From: an uncultured Clostridia bacterium
Lineage (GTDB): Bacteria > Bacillota > Clostridia > Christensenellales > CAG-314
Reading direction: 5' to 3'
Length of the DNA stretch: 64,000 bases
Assembly: GCA_947625115.1 (NCBI GenBank)
Contig: CANQND010000006.1
Span: 72-64,071 of the forward strand
A program made the translations under genes and the position numbers. Under the pieces are notes generated by a model. That model did no database searches. It saw nothing but the letters and a program-made list of their open reading frames with translations, and was not told the origin of the DNA. How positions within the stretch are numbered: the stretch's first letter is position 1; each line of letters begins with the position of its first letter. Of this stretch, positions 45,459 to 54,033 are shown piece after piece.

Positions 45459-45488
45459 CAGCCGCTATGTTCAGCGGCTGTATTTTTT
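45459..45488 (+). terminator. Intrinsic terminator of the AAA+/YbjN operon
   Basis: cagccgct, loop atgttc, agcggctg, followed by tatttttt. Confidence 0.8.
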
Positions 45489-45548
45489 GACAAAAAACGG
45501 CAAATATCTCGAAAATTAGGCTTTTTGACTATTTATGCGCGTTTTGCC

Positions 45549-45577
45549 TTGATTTTGTACAAAAAGTTTTGTATAAT
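45549..45577 (+). promoter_or_regulatory. Sigma-A-type promoter
   Basis: TTGATT (45549-45554), 17-nt spacer, TATAAT (45572-45577). TTGATTTTGT is shared with the 27-bp repeat. Confidence 0.55.
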
Positions 45578-45627
45578 ATATTAGTTAAAATGGGCGATAT
45601 GCCTTGAAGATCACCAAGGAGTAAAAA

Positions 45628-47163
45628 ATGATTGTTGCATTGACAGGCGTAACGGGGAATATGGGTATTCAGGCTCTGAAAGAGTTGATAAAAATACCCG
45701 ATTTGGAATTCAAACTGTTGGTTTTTGCCAAGGAAAAAAGAATTGGCGAAATAAGAAGAATTTGCAAAGGACAAATGCACCGCGTACGCTTTGTGTACGG
45801 CAGTATAAGCCATCAGGAAGTGTGCGACGAGCTTGTTTCGGGCGCAGACTACGTTGTCAATATGGCTTCCGTTATCCCGCCGCACAGCGATCAGGTGCCG
45901 CAATACGCCATCGCCTGCAACGAAAGAGGCGCAAATTGCCTTTGCACTGCAATCGAACGCCAACGCAATCAACCCAAATTGATACATATCAGTACCGTCG
46001 CGCTGTACGGAAACCGCAACAGCAAGCATATGTGGGCGCGCGTGGGCGATCCGTTGCTTATTTCTCCTTTCGACATCTACTCCCTTACCAAAATGCGAGG
46101 CGAATTTCGCGTGTTGGAGAGCAATATCCGTTACAAAACCGTTTTGCGCCAAACGGCGATGTTGCACAGCCATATGCTGAGCGACAATATGAGCGACGGG
46201 CTTATGTTCCATACCTGCTTCAACGCGCCGTTGGAATGGGTAACCGCCGAGGACTCGGGCTTGTTGATAGCAAACATAATACGAGCGGACATAGAAAACG
46301 CCGACGCGCTCAAACGCCGTTTTTGGGGGAAAGTGTTCAACATCGGCGGCGGAAAAGTAAACTGCGTGACGGGTTACGACGTGCTTAACGACGGATTTGA
46401 AATTATCGGCGGTAGCGTTAAAAACTTTTTCGACCCCGATTTCAACGCGACGCGCAATTTTCACGGGGTGTGGTTTTGGGACAGCAACGTTTTGGAGGAA
46501 ATGTTCCACTACCAACGCCAAAGCACCCAAGACTTTTGGAAACAGTTCAAAAAAGAACACGCCATTTTGAAAGCGGGCAAAATCGTCCCCAAAAAACTGA
46601 TAAAAAAACTTGCGATAGAACGGCTGTTCAAAAACGCCAACAGCCCGCGCTATTGGAAAACTCACCGCGACACAGCAAAAATGCTGGCTTACTTCGGCGG
46701 CGACGCACAGTTTGACGCGCTCGGCAAAGATTGGAGCAAATTTCCGCTCCTGTTCGAGGGAAAAGACGAGCAGGGCAACACCATCGACTACCAACAATTG
46801 TTGGACAGGGACAACGCTCCGCTTGTAGATATAGGCTACGACCCCGCGCGCGAAATAGGCTACAAGGAGTTGCGCCGTATCGCGGCGTTGCACGGAGGCA
46901 AGCTGTTGAGCCAATCGGGCGGGTTGTACGACCGTCTGGAATGGGAAAACAGCGACGGAGAACGCTTCAAAATGCGCGGCTACACCGTAGTCGCGGGACA
47001 TTGGTGGAACCCCAGCTACACAAGCTACTGTTGGGACTTTGACCGCCTTGCGAAAAAGGACAAGATCTACGCGCAAGCATGGTACGACAGTCACGATCAA
47101 GACGAGGACAACTTCTACTACTTCAACGACAAATTTGAAGCAAAGTACGACAAGATAAAATGA
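45628..47163 (+). CDS. NAD(P)-binding Rossmann (extended SDR/epimerase-like) protein with an uncharacterised C-terminal half
   Basis: MIVALTGVTGNMGIQAL glycine-rich dinucleotide motif, Y..TK (YSLTK) catalytic-like pair. 511 aa. Confidence 0.65.
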   Translation: MIVALTGVTGNMGIQALKELIKIPDLEFKLLVFAKEKRIGEIRRICKGQMHRVRFVYGSISHQEVCDELVSGADYVVNMASVIPPHSDQVPQYAIACNERGANCLCTAIERQRNQPKLIHISTVALYGNRNSKHMWARVGDPLLISPFDIYSLTKMRGEFRVLESNIRYKTVLRQTAMLHSHMLSDNMSDGLMFHTCFNAPLEWVTAEDSGLLIANIIRADIENADALKRRFWGKVFNIGGGKVNCVTGYDVLNDGFEIIGGSVKNFFDPDFNATRNFHGVWFWDSNVLEEMFHYQRQSTQDFWKQFKKEHAILKAGKIVPKKLIKKLAIERLFKNANSPRYWKTHRDTAKMLAYFGGDAQFDALGKDWSKFPLLFEGKDEQGNTIDYQQLLDRDNAPLVDIGYDPAREIGYKELRRIAALHGGKLLSQSGGLYDRLEWENSDGERFKMRGYTVVAGHWWNPSYTSYCWDFDRLAKKDKIYAQAWYDSHDQDEDNFYYFNDKFEAKYDKIK

Positions 47164-48074
47164 AAATAGTAATTTGTTACTTTTCGGGTACGGGCAACAC
47201 GCACAAAATAGCCGATTGTTTTGCCCAAGCCTTTCGCGAACGTCAACACGACGTTGCGGTTTACTCTATGGACGAGTTCGCTTTCGCGAAAAAACTTCCG
47301 CAAGAGCTTACCGAACAAATTGAACAATGCGATCTTTTGGGAATGGGCTACCCCGTTTACGCATTCAATGCGCCGCCCGTTGCGTTGCAATTTGCCAAAA
47401 TATTGCCGCGTTTACCCAAAAACAAAAAGACGTTTATTTTCAACTGTTCGGGCGAACCGCTTAAACTGAACAACATCTCTTCGTTGAAACTGTGCGGTAT
47501 TCTCAAACGTCGCCGTTTTGAAGTGACAAACGAGTACCACTACTGTATGCCCTACAACATCATTTTCCGTCACTCCGAAGAAATGGCTGTCAGAATGTGG
47601 CAAACGGCGCAAAATTTGATACCCTTGGACGCAACCGAAATACTTTCGGGACAAAAACACCTGCTGGAAAAAGTACGGTGCGGCGGCACGATCGCGTGGG
47701 TAATGCGGTGCGAACAATGGGGCGGACGGCTCAACGGCAGAATGTACAGCGTAAACAAAAATTGCGTTCACTGCGGTAAATGCGTAAACGACTGTCCCAC
47801 GCACAATATCCGAATTACCGAAAAGGGCAAGTTCAAATTCGGCGGAAAATGCCTTATGTGTATGCGTTGCGCGCACCTCTGCCCCAAAAACGCCATTCGC
47901 ATAGGAATGTTCAACGGGTGGAAAGTGAACGGACCGTACGCTTTTTCCGCTAAAAACGAAGAGGAAAAACAGCGTTACAACAAAATGCTCACCAAGGCTT
48001 ACGACGCGTACTTTTCAGAGGCGGAGGAGCGTATCGCTTCGGCGTCAAGCAACGGAAACAAATCAAATACATAA
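47160..48074 (+). CDS. Flavodoxin-like plus 2x[4Fe-4S] ferredoxin-domain protein (EFR1-type)
   Basis: MKIVICYFSGTGNT. CVHCGKCVNDCP and CLMCMRCAHLCP clusters. ATGA overlap with the upstream gene. Confidence 0.75.
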   Translation: MKIVICYFSGTGNTHKIADCFAQAFRERQHDVAVYSMDEFAFAKKLPQELTEQIEQCDLLGMGYPVYAFNAPPVALQFAKILPRLPKNKKTFIFNCSGEPLKLNNISSLKLCGILKRRRFEVTNEYHYCMPYNIIFRHSEEMAVRMWQTAQNLIPLDATEILSGQKHLLEKVRCGGTIAWVMRCEQWGGRLNGRMYSVNKNCVHCGKCVNDCPTHNIRITEKGKFKFGGKCLMCMRCAHLCPKNAIRIGMFNGWKVNGPYAFSAKNEEEKQRYNKMLTKAYDAYFSEAEERIASASSNGNKSNT

Positions 48075-48082
48075 AAAAGACA

Positions 48083-48117
48083 AAAAAATTATCCCAACCG
48101 CAGTTGGGATATTTTTT
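48083..48117. terminator. Bidirectional intrinsic terminator
   Basis: tatcccaac, loop cgca, gttgggata, flanked by an A-run and tttttt. Confidence 0.8.
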
Positions 48118-48127
48118 GATTGTACTT

Positions 48128-48751
48128 TCAGCAAGCTCTCATTGCGGAAGCGATTTCCTGCGCCTGCAACTTACGCGAGGCTTCGGCGTGTTGCTCTACC
48201 GCGTTTTGCAATGCTTCGCGCAATTTTTTCGCATTGGATATTCCGCAAAAAGTGCGAACTGTTTTCTTATTTTTTTGTATAACGCCGTCGGTACCGCTTA
48301 CGCTGGCGATCTCCACGTCATAGTTGTGGACCCAACCGCCGAACAGCGTGTGACGGATCTCTATGTGATCCAACTTGTCTACGGGTATATCCAACGAGCG
48401 GATACTGAACAACCCCACTTTGCTTATCAACCGTTTGTTTGTAAGCACAAGTTGCAACGTCAAGAACGTGACCCAATGCCTGTAAAAGGGGATAAACGTA
48501 CACAGCCCCAAAACAAGACCGAGCAAAACGGGCAACACATACTTGAAAACATACGGCAACATTCTGTCGATTATGGGAACGTTGACGGTAACCGTATCGG
48601 CAAGAGCCGCTATCGGCGGAATGGCGAACACAAGCGCGACGACCGCGCCTATCAGGCATATCGTGGGCCAAGTTATGTACCACCAACTTTTTTTGGCTTT
48701 GATAATGACTTCTTCGCCCTCTGTCAGACTTTTTTTGATATATCTGCTCAT
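48128..48751 (-). CDS. Membrane protein with a bacterial PH (YdbS/DUF304-like) domain
   Basis: Two transmembrane segments followed by TNKRLISK.G....S.DIPVDKLDHIE. GGAGAA ribosome-binding site. Confidence 0.5.
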   Translation of the reverse strand: MSRYIKKSLTEGEEVIIKAKKSWWYITWPTICLIGAVVALVFAIPPIAALADTVTVNVPIIDRMLPYVFKYVLPVLLGLVLGLCTFIPFYRHWVTFLTLQLVLTNKRLISKVGLFSIRSLDIPVDKLDHIEIRHTLFGGWVHNYDVEIASVSGTDGVIQKNKKTVRTFCGISNAKKLREALQNAVEQHAEASRKLQAQEIASAMRAC

Positions 48752-48887
48752 TGTACTATTCTCCGCAGTGGTTTCTGCTTTATTTTATAATCAATAATTC
48801 TTTATGTCAAGTATTTGCACGCCGCCTGTTATAATTTTATTGTTCGGCGGCTCTCCGCGTTCTTTATCCCGCCCCCATTGGGCGTTT

Positions 48888-50249
48888 TTACCTGTTGTAG
48901 ATCTTGTCGCGAATATCTTTTACCTGCGAAGCGGTTACGTCGTTTACCTTTATTTCCTCGCTGATTTTGTCGCGCGCGTGCATTACCGTGGTGTGATCTC
49001 TGCCGCCAAAGTATTCTCCTATGCTGGCAAGAGGCATACTCTGCCCCAAGATGTCGCAAATGAGGTAAATACATATCTGGCGCGGCACAACGATTTCCTT
49101 GTTTTTCTTTTTGCCGATAAGGTCCTCGCGCTTGACTCCGAAGTATTCGCAAGCGGCTTTGACGATTTGATCTATCGTTATCATATCCCTGCCCGCGTCG
49201 GCGTAGTCGCGCAAAGCGTCCTGAACGATATTCATATCGTTGGGGTCGCCGCCCACAAGCGTGCTGTAACTGATAATGCGGTTGAGCATACCCTCCATTT
49301 CTCTTATGTTGTTGGTTATTTTTTCCGCAATAAGAGTAAGTATGCGAATGTTGAGCGCGTAGCCCTTGTTACTGCATTTCTTTTGCAAAATAGCTATCCG
49401 CGTTTCCAGATCGGGCGGCTGAATGTCCGCAATTACCCCCGTTGCAAAACGCGTTTTTAACCGCTCCTCTATTTTGATTTCCTTGGGGGGACGGTCGCTG
49501 GACAAAATTATCTGCTTGTCGGCAAGGTACAACTCGTTGAAAGTGTGAAACATTTCTTCCTGAGTTCCCTCCTTGTTGGCAAGGAATTGAACGTCGTCCA
49601 TCATCAACACGTCCAATTTGCGATATTTTGCACGGAAGTTTTTGGCGGCGTTGGGGTTGCTGTCGTGTATCGATTCGATAAATTCGTTTACAAACTGATC
49701 GCACGTAACGTACATTATGCGTTTGTCGGGGAAGTTGCGTTGCAAACTGTTGCCGATTGCGTGCATTAGGTGCGTTTTGCCAAGCCCTACGCCTCCCCAA
49801 ATAAACACGGGATTGTACTTTGTACCGGGGTTATCCGCTACCGCGCGCGCCACGGCGTGAGCGTATTCGTTGGACTTGCCCACGACAAAGTTTTCAAACG
49901 TGTACGCCGAAACAAAACTAACTTTGTCCTCGGTGTCGTTGACATAGTTGGGCGACACGGGGATATCTACCTCTTTTTCGACGTTGCCTACGTGTTCCAA
50001 CTCGTCCTCGGTGATTATTTCCACATCCACTATGGACGGAAAAACCAAATTGGTACACTTTTTGAGTACGTCTTTGTAGTTGTTGTCCACAATGTTCTTT
50101 ATCGCGCGCGTTTCGGCAAGCAAAATAAGCCTGTCGCGGTAAATACCGACGGGCGAAAGAGAATTTATGTACAAATCGTAGGCGAGGGTTGTTGTTTTAG
50201 CCTCTGCCTCCAACAAAATATTCTTCCATATCTGATCGATTTTCAACAT
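48888..50249 (-). CDS. dnaA: Chromosomal replication initiator protein DnaA
   Basis: FVVGKSNEYAH, Walker A GGVGLGKTHLMHAIGN, box VII region, domain IV GGRDHTTVMHA. ATG at 50249. Confidence 0.95.
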   Translation of the reverse strand: MLKIDQIWKNILLEAEAKTTTLAYDLYINSLSPVGIYRDRLILLAETRAIKNIVDNNYKDVLKKCTNLVFPSIVDVEIITEDELEHVGNVEKEVDIPVSPNYVNDTEDKVSFVSAYTFENFVVGKSNEYAHAVARAVADNPGTKYNPVFIWGGVGLGKTHLMHAIGNSLQRNFPDKRIMYVTCDQFVNEFIESIHDSNPNAAKNFRAKYRKLDVLMMDDVQFLANKEGTQEEMFHTFNELYLADKQIILSSDRPPKEIKIEERLKTRFATGVIADIQPPDLETRIAILQKKCSNKGYALNIRILTLIAEKITNNIREMEGMLNRIISYSTLVGGDPNDMNIVQDALRDYADAGRDMITIDQIVKAACEYFGVKREDLIGKKKNKEIVVPRQICIYLICDILGQSMPLASIGEYFGGRDHTTVMHARDKISEEIKVNDVTASQVKDIRDKIYNR

Positions 50250-50256
50250 ATTTTTT

Positions 50257-50285
50257 ATTATACAATAAAGAATAAATTTTTGCAA
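50257..50285 (-). promoter_or_regulatory. Sigma-A-type promoter abutting the dnaA start codon
   Basis: Minus strand: TTGCAA (50285-50280), 17-nt spacer, TATAAT (50262-50257). Only 7 nt lie between the -10 element and the ATG. No ribosome-binding site. Confidence 0.45.
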
Positions 50286-50339
50286 CAAAAAGGACAAGCC
50301 GTTACGCGATCGGTTTGTCCCTTTGTTCGCTTTTGTTAC

Positions 50340-51083
50340 TTAGTGTTTTACGTCCACGGTGTACGTGGCAACCAACACGCGCTTGCCCTCGTCCGACTCC
50401 GTTCCCAACACGCGAGAATACGTATAGCCCTCGCTTTCGAGAGCGATGTCGAGGTAACACAGGAAAATACCCATATCTACCTTGTTCCAACGCTTGAACA
50501 ACCTGTTGGACAAAATAGGCACGCCGCCGCGCTGTCTGTACACGTTGAACTTGTTGTCCACTTGATCCACGCGCCACGGCTGACTGTTTACCGCGCTGGG
50601 CGCAAGACGTACTATCGCTCCCAAACGGTCGTCGCTCATTCCCGACCAAAACGAATCGGCTTCGTCGCGGCTGAAATCGTAGTCGCCGTTGCGGAAAACG
50701 CTCGGGTCGCATTTGCCGAAACTCAACATAATGGCGTAAACAAGATCGCATTGACGTTCTTCTTCCACCTTGCCCATACCGAACCAACACACGCCGATGT
50801 TGAGAGAAGCCAAGTACAAATCCCACTGTTCCAACATATAGCCGACGTTTGTCAACCACAGGTTGCCCTCTTCGCTGTACACAAGCAGACAGTACTCCGC
50901 GTTGAATTTGCAGTTTGTTTCGCTGCACGGCACAATTTGGAACTCCACTTTCAACTCGGGAATGAGGGGTTTGAGATTGTGCAGGTACTCTTCTACCTTT
51001 GCCAATTCCTCTTCGGTCAATTTTTCGTCGCTGTAATGGCGGACGGATCTGCGTTTGTAAACGTTTTGCAAAAGTTCTTTCAT
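50340..51083 (-). CDS. Nitroreductase-family protein
   Basis: N-terminal RRSVRHYSDEKLTEEEL motif. AAGGAG ribosome-binding site. Confidence 0.7.
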   Translation of the reverse strand: MKELLQNVYKRRSVRHYSDEKLTEEELAKVEEYLHNLKPLIPELKVEFQIVPCSETNCKFNAEYCLLVYSEEGNLWLTNVGYMLEQWDLYLASLNIGVCWFGMGKVEEERQCDLVYAIMLSFGKCDPSVFRNGDYDFSRDEADSFWSGMSDDRLGAIVRLAPSAVNSQPWRVDQVDNKFNVYRQRGGVPILSNRLFKRWNKVDMGIFLCYLDIALESEGYTYSRVLGTESDEGKRVLVATYTVDVKH

Positions 51084-51146
51084 TTTTGCTCCTTTGCCGA
51101 TAGGCTTGTTATTTTACTATTTTTTGCGGATATGCCGACGTTCCAT

Positions 51147-52481
51147 TCAGGCAATCTGCGGTTGCCGCTCTTCTTTATCGCCGCCTTTGTGCCGCCTTAT
51201 GTACTGAGTCCATTTGATATATCCGTAGGTCGTGTTGGTGAGATAGCCCACTTTGAGTACCAACAGTATCCACTGACCCGCCATTATGTCTATGACCGTT
51301 TCCAATATGGCAACGATATACCAAGCTATCCACTGTTCGCGGTATCTGAACAATATCAACAGCCCGTTGGCAATGCCTACCGCACTTGCGGCGGCGTCAA
51401 GATAACACACGATATTTTCAAGACTCCTGTTGGTGGCGAATATTCCGCCGGGGATCTCGATGAGTGTAAGCAAATACCCCACGCCTACCGTCCACACCGC
51501 AATTGCGGCAATCAGAATTATATCCTGCCACCAAGTAAGTTTCTTTACGACCGTAAGCTCTTCCTGCTGTTTGTCGGGGTGACGGTGCCACATAACAAAG
51601 CTGATTATGTCGCACGGTATCCAGAACAGCAACGTAACCGCCATTGTGGCAAATCGGTAAAGGCACACTACGCAGGTGACAATTTCCACTATTTCCACGC
51701 CCAACGAAACGATGAAGTTCCATTTGCTCTGTTTGCTTATCAACAGTTCGCAAGCAATGTTCAGTATCACGTCCATTACGTACAAAAAGGTTATGAACGC
51801 CGCACTTACCAAAAATTTGTTGACGATGACGTTTGCCTGATCTTCGTCGAGAGTAAACTCCGCGCAGTCCACAAGTTTGTCGCCGCCGTCGCTTACCAAC
51901 GATATAACCAAAGGCGTCGGCTCGTCCTCTTCGCCGTTGTAGTAGCACTCAAAGGATATGTCGCAATCTTTGTTCAGTTCGTAGTCGAAAGGCTTTGTCG
52001 CTTTTGAGGCTTTGTCGTACAGCCCCAACGTAAAAGACATTGTGCTTTCGTCGCTCGGATCGACGTACCATTCGCCGACATTCATCAATTGAGCCATTTC
52101 GTATTTTACGGTTTTTTCGCCGTCGGCGTCAACGCGGGTAACGGTTACGCTCTGAATAACGTAACAATCCTCCGTGCCGTCAAAAGAAACGATATTGAAA
52201 TTGCCGCTTGCGGTAACGTCGTAACTGTTTTTGAGCTGTACCGTGTAGTTGGGTTCGTCCGTTTCGGGGACGACAAACGCAAGTACTATCGCCACTACGA
52301 GTATACTGAAAAACCAAATTTTCTCGTAGAGGGTAAAATAGTGCCACAGATCCTTGCAACGTTGTGCAAAACCCTTTTTCTCTTTGCGCTTGGCGTCGCG
52401 ACCGTCTGAAACGGCGGGTGATTCGCTTTGCCACGAGTTTTCTTCGCTTTGTTCGGTTACTTTCTTTTGTTCTTGCTCCAT
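51147..52481 (-). CDS. PnuC-like (nicotinamide riboside transporter family) membrane protein with N-terminal extension and a large loop insertion
   Basis: The C-terminal transmembrane bundle ends in LFRYREQWIAWYIVAILE...GYIKWTQY. ATG at 52481 after GAGG. Confidence 0.55.
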   Translation of the reverse strand: MEQEQKKVTEQSEENSWQSESPAVSDGRDAKRKEKKGFAQRCKDLWHYFTLYEKIWFFSILVVAIVLAFVVPETDEPNYTVQLKNSYDVTASGNFNIVSFDGTEDCYVIQSVTVTRVDADGEKTVKYEMAQLMNVGEWYVDPSDESTMSFTLGLYDKASKATKPFDYELNKDCDISFECYYNGEEDEPTPLVISLVSDGGDKLVDCAEFTLDEDQANVIVNKFLVSAAFITFLYVMDVILNIACELLISKQSKWNFIVSLGVEIVEIVTCVVCLYRFATMAVTLLFWIPCDIISFVMWHRHPDKQQEELTVVKKLTWWQDIILIAAIAVWTVGVGYLLTLIEIPGGIFATNRSLENIVCYLDAAASAVGIANGLLILFRYREQWIAWYIVAILETVIDIMAGQWILLVLKVGYLTNTTYGYIKWTQYIRRHKGGDKEERQPQIA

Positions 52482-52618
52482 CGGTTTAACCTCAAACTCT
52501 ACTGAAACACTATGAATTATATAACCGAATAAAAATTCTGTCAAATATATTATGCTTTGCGTTTGGCGTTTAAGATAGCGAGATATGGGCAAAAATTACA
52601 TCAAAAAAGGAGAATAAT

Positions 52619-53212
52619 ATGAAACTCAAAGACAGTCAAACTTATATCAACCTCGCAAAGTCTTTTTCCGCCGAAACGCAGGCGCGCACGCGGTACGAAT
52701 TTATGGAATACGGAATGCGCTACAACGGTTACAAGACCATGGCGGAAATTGTGGATTCCATTGCCTATCAGGAATTTAACCACGCCCGTATGTTCTACAC
52801 TTTTTTGCAAAAAGCAAGCGACCAACCGATAAAAAACATAGACATAAGCGGGGGCTTTCCTTTCAAAGAGAAATGGGACATATTGCAAAATCTTAAATTT
52901 GCCGCCGACGACGAACACGTGGAGGCATACGATATCTACTTGCCCGCAGCCAAAGTCGCGCGCGAAGAGGGGTTTGACGACATTGCGGATCTGTTTGAAC
53001 TAACCGCCAAAGTGGAAATGCAACACGAAGCTATATTTACGGAACTGTACAATCAAATGAAAAACGGAACGCTCTACAAAAAGGATCGCGAAGTTATGTG
53101 GATGTGTTCGGGTTGCGGTCATATGGCGATGGGTAAAGAAGCGTGGGACACCTGCCCTCTTTGCGGAGCTAAACAGGGTACCGTTTGCCTGAAATTGGAA
53201 AGCCTGCAATAA
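52619..53212 (+). CDS. Rubrerythrin
   Basis: Ferritin-like diiron helices (AETQARTRYEF, QEFNHARMF, EHVEAY, MQHEAIF) plus a C-terminal rubredoxin-like CSGCG...CPLCG. Confidence 0.85.
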   Translation: MKLKDSQTYINLAKSFSAETQARTRYEFMEYGMRYNGYKTMAEIVDSIAYQEFNHARMFYTFLQKASDQPIKNIDISGGFPFKEKWDILQNLKFAADDEHVEAYDIYLPAAKVAREEGFDDIADLFELTAKVEMQHEAIFTELYNQMKNGTLYKKDREVMWMCSGCGHMAMGKEAWDTCPLCGAKQGTVCLKLESLQ

Positions 53213-53290
53213 CTTTTCGCCTAAAAACGTTTTGAGCGAAACGGACGATAGTGCAATTCAAAATAATAAAAAATTTATTGTAAAAATACT

Positions 53291-53329
53291 AAAAATGCAC
53301 GGATATATTTATAACCGTGCATTTGTTTT
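53291..53329. terminator. Bidirectional intrinsic terminator (rubrerythrin / jag)
   Basis: atgcacgg ... ccgtgcat stem, with aaaaa upstream and ttgtttt downstream. Confidence 0.7.
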
Positions 53330-53430
53330 GTGCAATTTTATAAAATTATTTTTAAGCATAGTTGTAAATGCGACAGTTTGTGCTTGTCGCTTTTTTCACA
53401 GTCGAAACGCCTTTACCGCGCCGCAGAACG

Positions 53431-54027
53431 TTATCTTCTTCTCTTCTTTTCGCTACGGTAAACAAAATTGAGCGTTTTGCGCGGAGCGTTGGGGCTGTTG
53501 AGAATGTCGCTCTTGACAATAGGGCTGACAACCACGTGACGGTTTGCGCCCTCCCCCTCGCTCTGCGTGGTAACGTACTTGCTGTTTTGCAAAGCGGTGT
53601 GTATCACTCGGCGTTCGTAGGGGTTCATCGGTTCAAGCTCGGCGGCGCGACCCGTGCGCTTCACTTTCTGTTCGAGATTGCCCGCCAAACGTTGAAGAGC
53701 TTTTTCCCTCTTGGAGCGGTAGTTTTCCGCGTCCAACATCACTCTCTTGAAACCGCCGTTATGTCCGCTGTGCAACAAACTGCAAAGGTATTGCAACGCG
53801 TCGAGAGTTTCGCCGCGGTAGCCTATCACTGCGGGAGCGTCCTCTCCTACCACCGTCAACAGCAACGCACCGTCGCGTTCTGCCGTTTCCACGGTGCAAT
53901 TCAAACCCATTTTTTGCAATACGGTTTGCAAAAAATCTGCCACATATTGTTTTTCGTCCGTTTCGGGAACTTGTTCGACGGTCAACTCTTCCTCGGGTTG
54001 CGCGTCGCTTTCGTTATTTTTTTTCAT
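53431..54027 (-). CDS. jag: Jag/KhpB-type RNA-binding protein (KH plus R3H)
   Basis: VIGYRGETLDALQYL (KH-like) and NPYERRVIHTALQ (R3H). Lies downstream of yidC. Confidence 0.8.
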   Translation of the reverse strand: MKKNNESDAQPEEELTVEQVPETDEKQYVADFLQTVLQKMGLNCTVETAERDGALLLTVVGEDAPAVIGYRGETLDALQYLCSLLHSGHNGGFKRVMLDAENYRSKREKALQRLAGNLEQKVKRTGRAAELEPMNPYERRVIHTALQNSKYVTTQSEGEGANRHVVVSPIVKSDILNSPNAPRKTLNFVYRSEKKRRR

Positions 54028-54033
54028 TGTGTG

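Noticed and set aside
45529-47100. 523-aa minus-strand ORF antisense to the SDR-like gene
   Set aside because: Same shadow-frame behaviour. There is no start context, the composition is biased (V/A/F/R/H), and the sense strand has a promoter, a ribosome-binding site and a dinucleotide-binding motif.
49770-52007. 745-aa + strand ORF spanning the dnaA 5' part, the nitroreductase gene and the PnuC-like gene
   Set aside because: It crosses two intergenic regions and a terminator of the opposite-strand genes. It is antisense to DnaA, whose identity is certain. No motifs are present. Similar long antisense frames (22985-24499, 14598-15782, 16653-17768, 28477-29529, 32514-33578, 53368-54477) were rejected on the same grounds. 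Their abundance is a compositional property of this genome, not evidence of coding.
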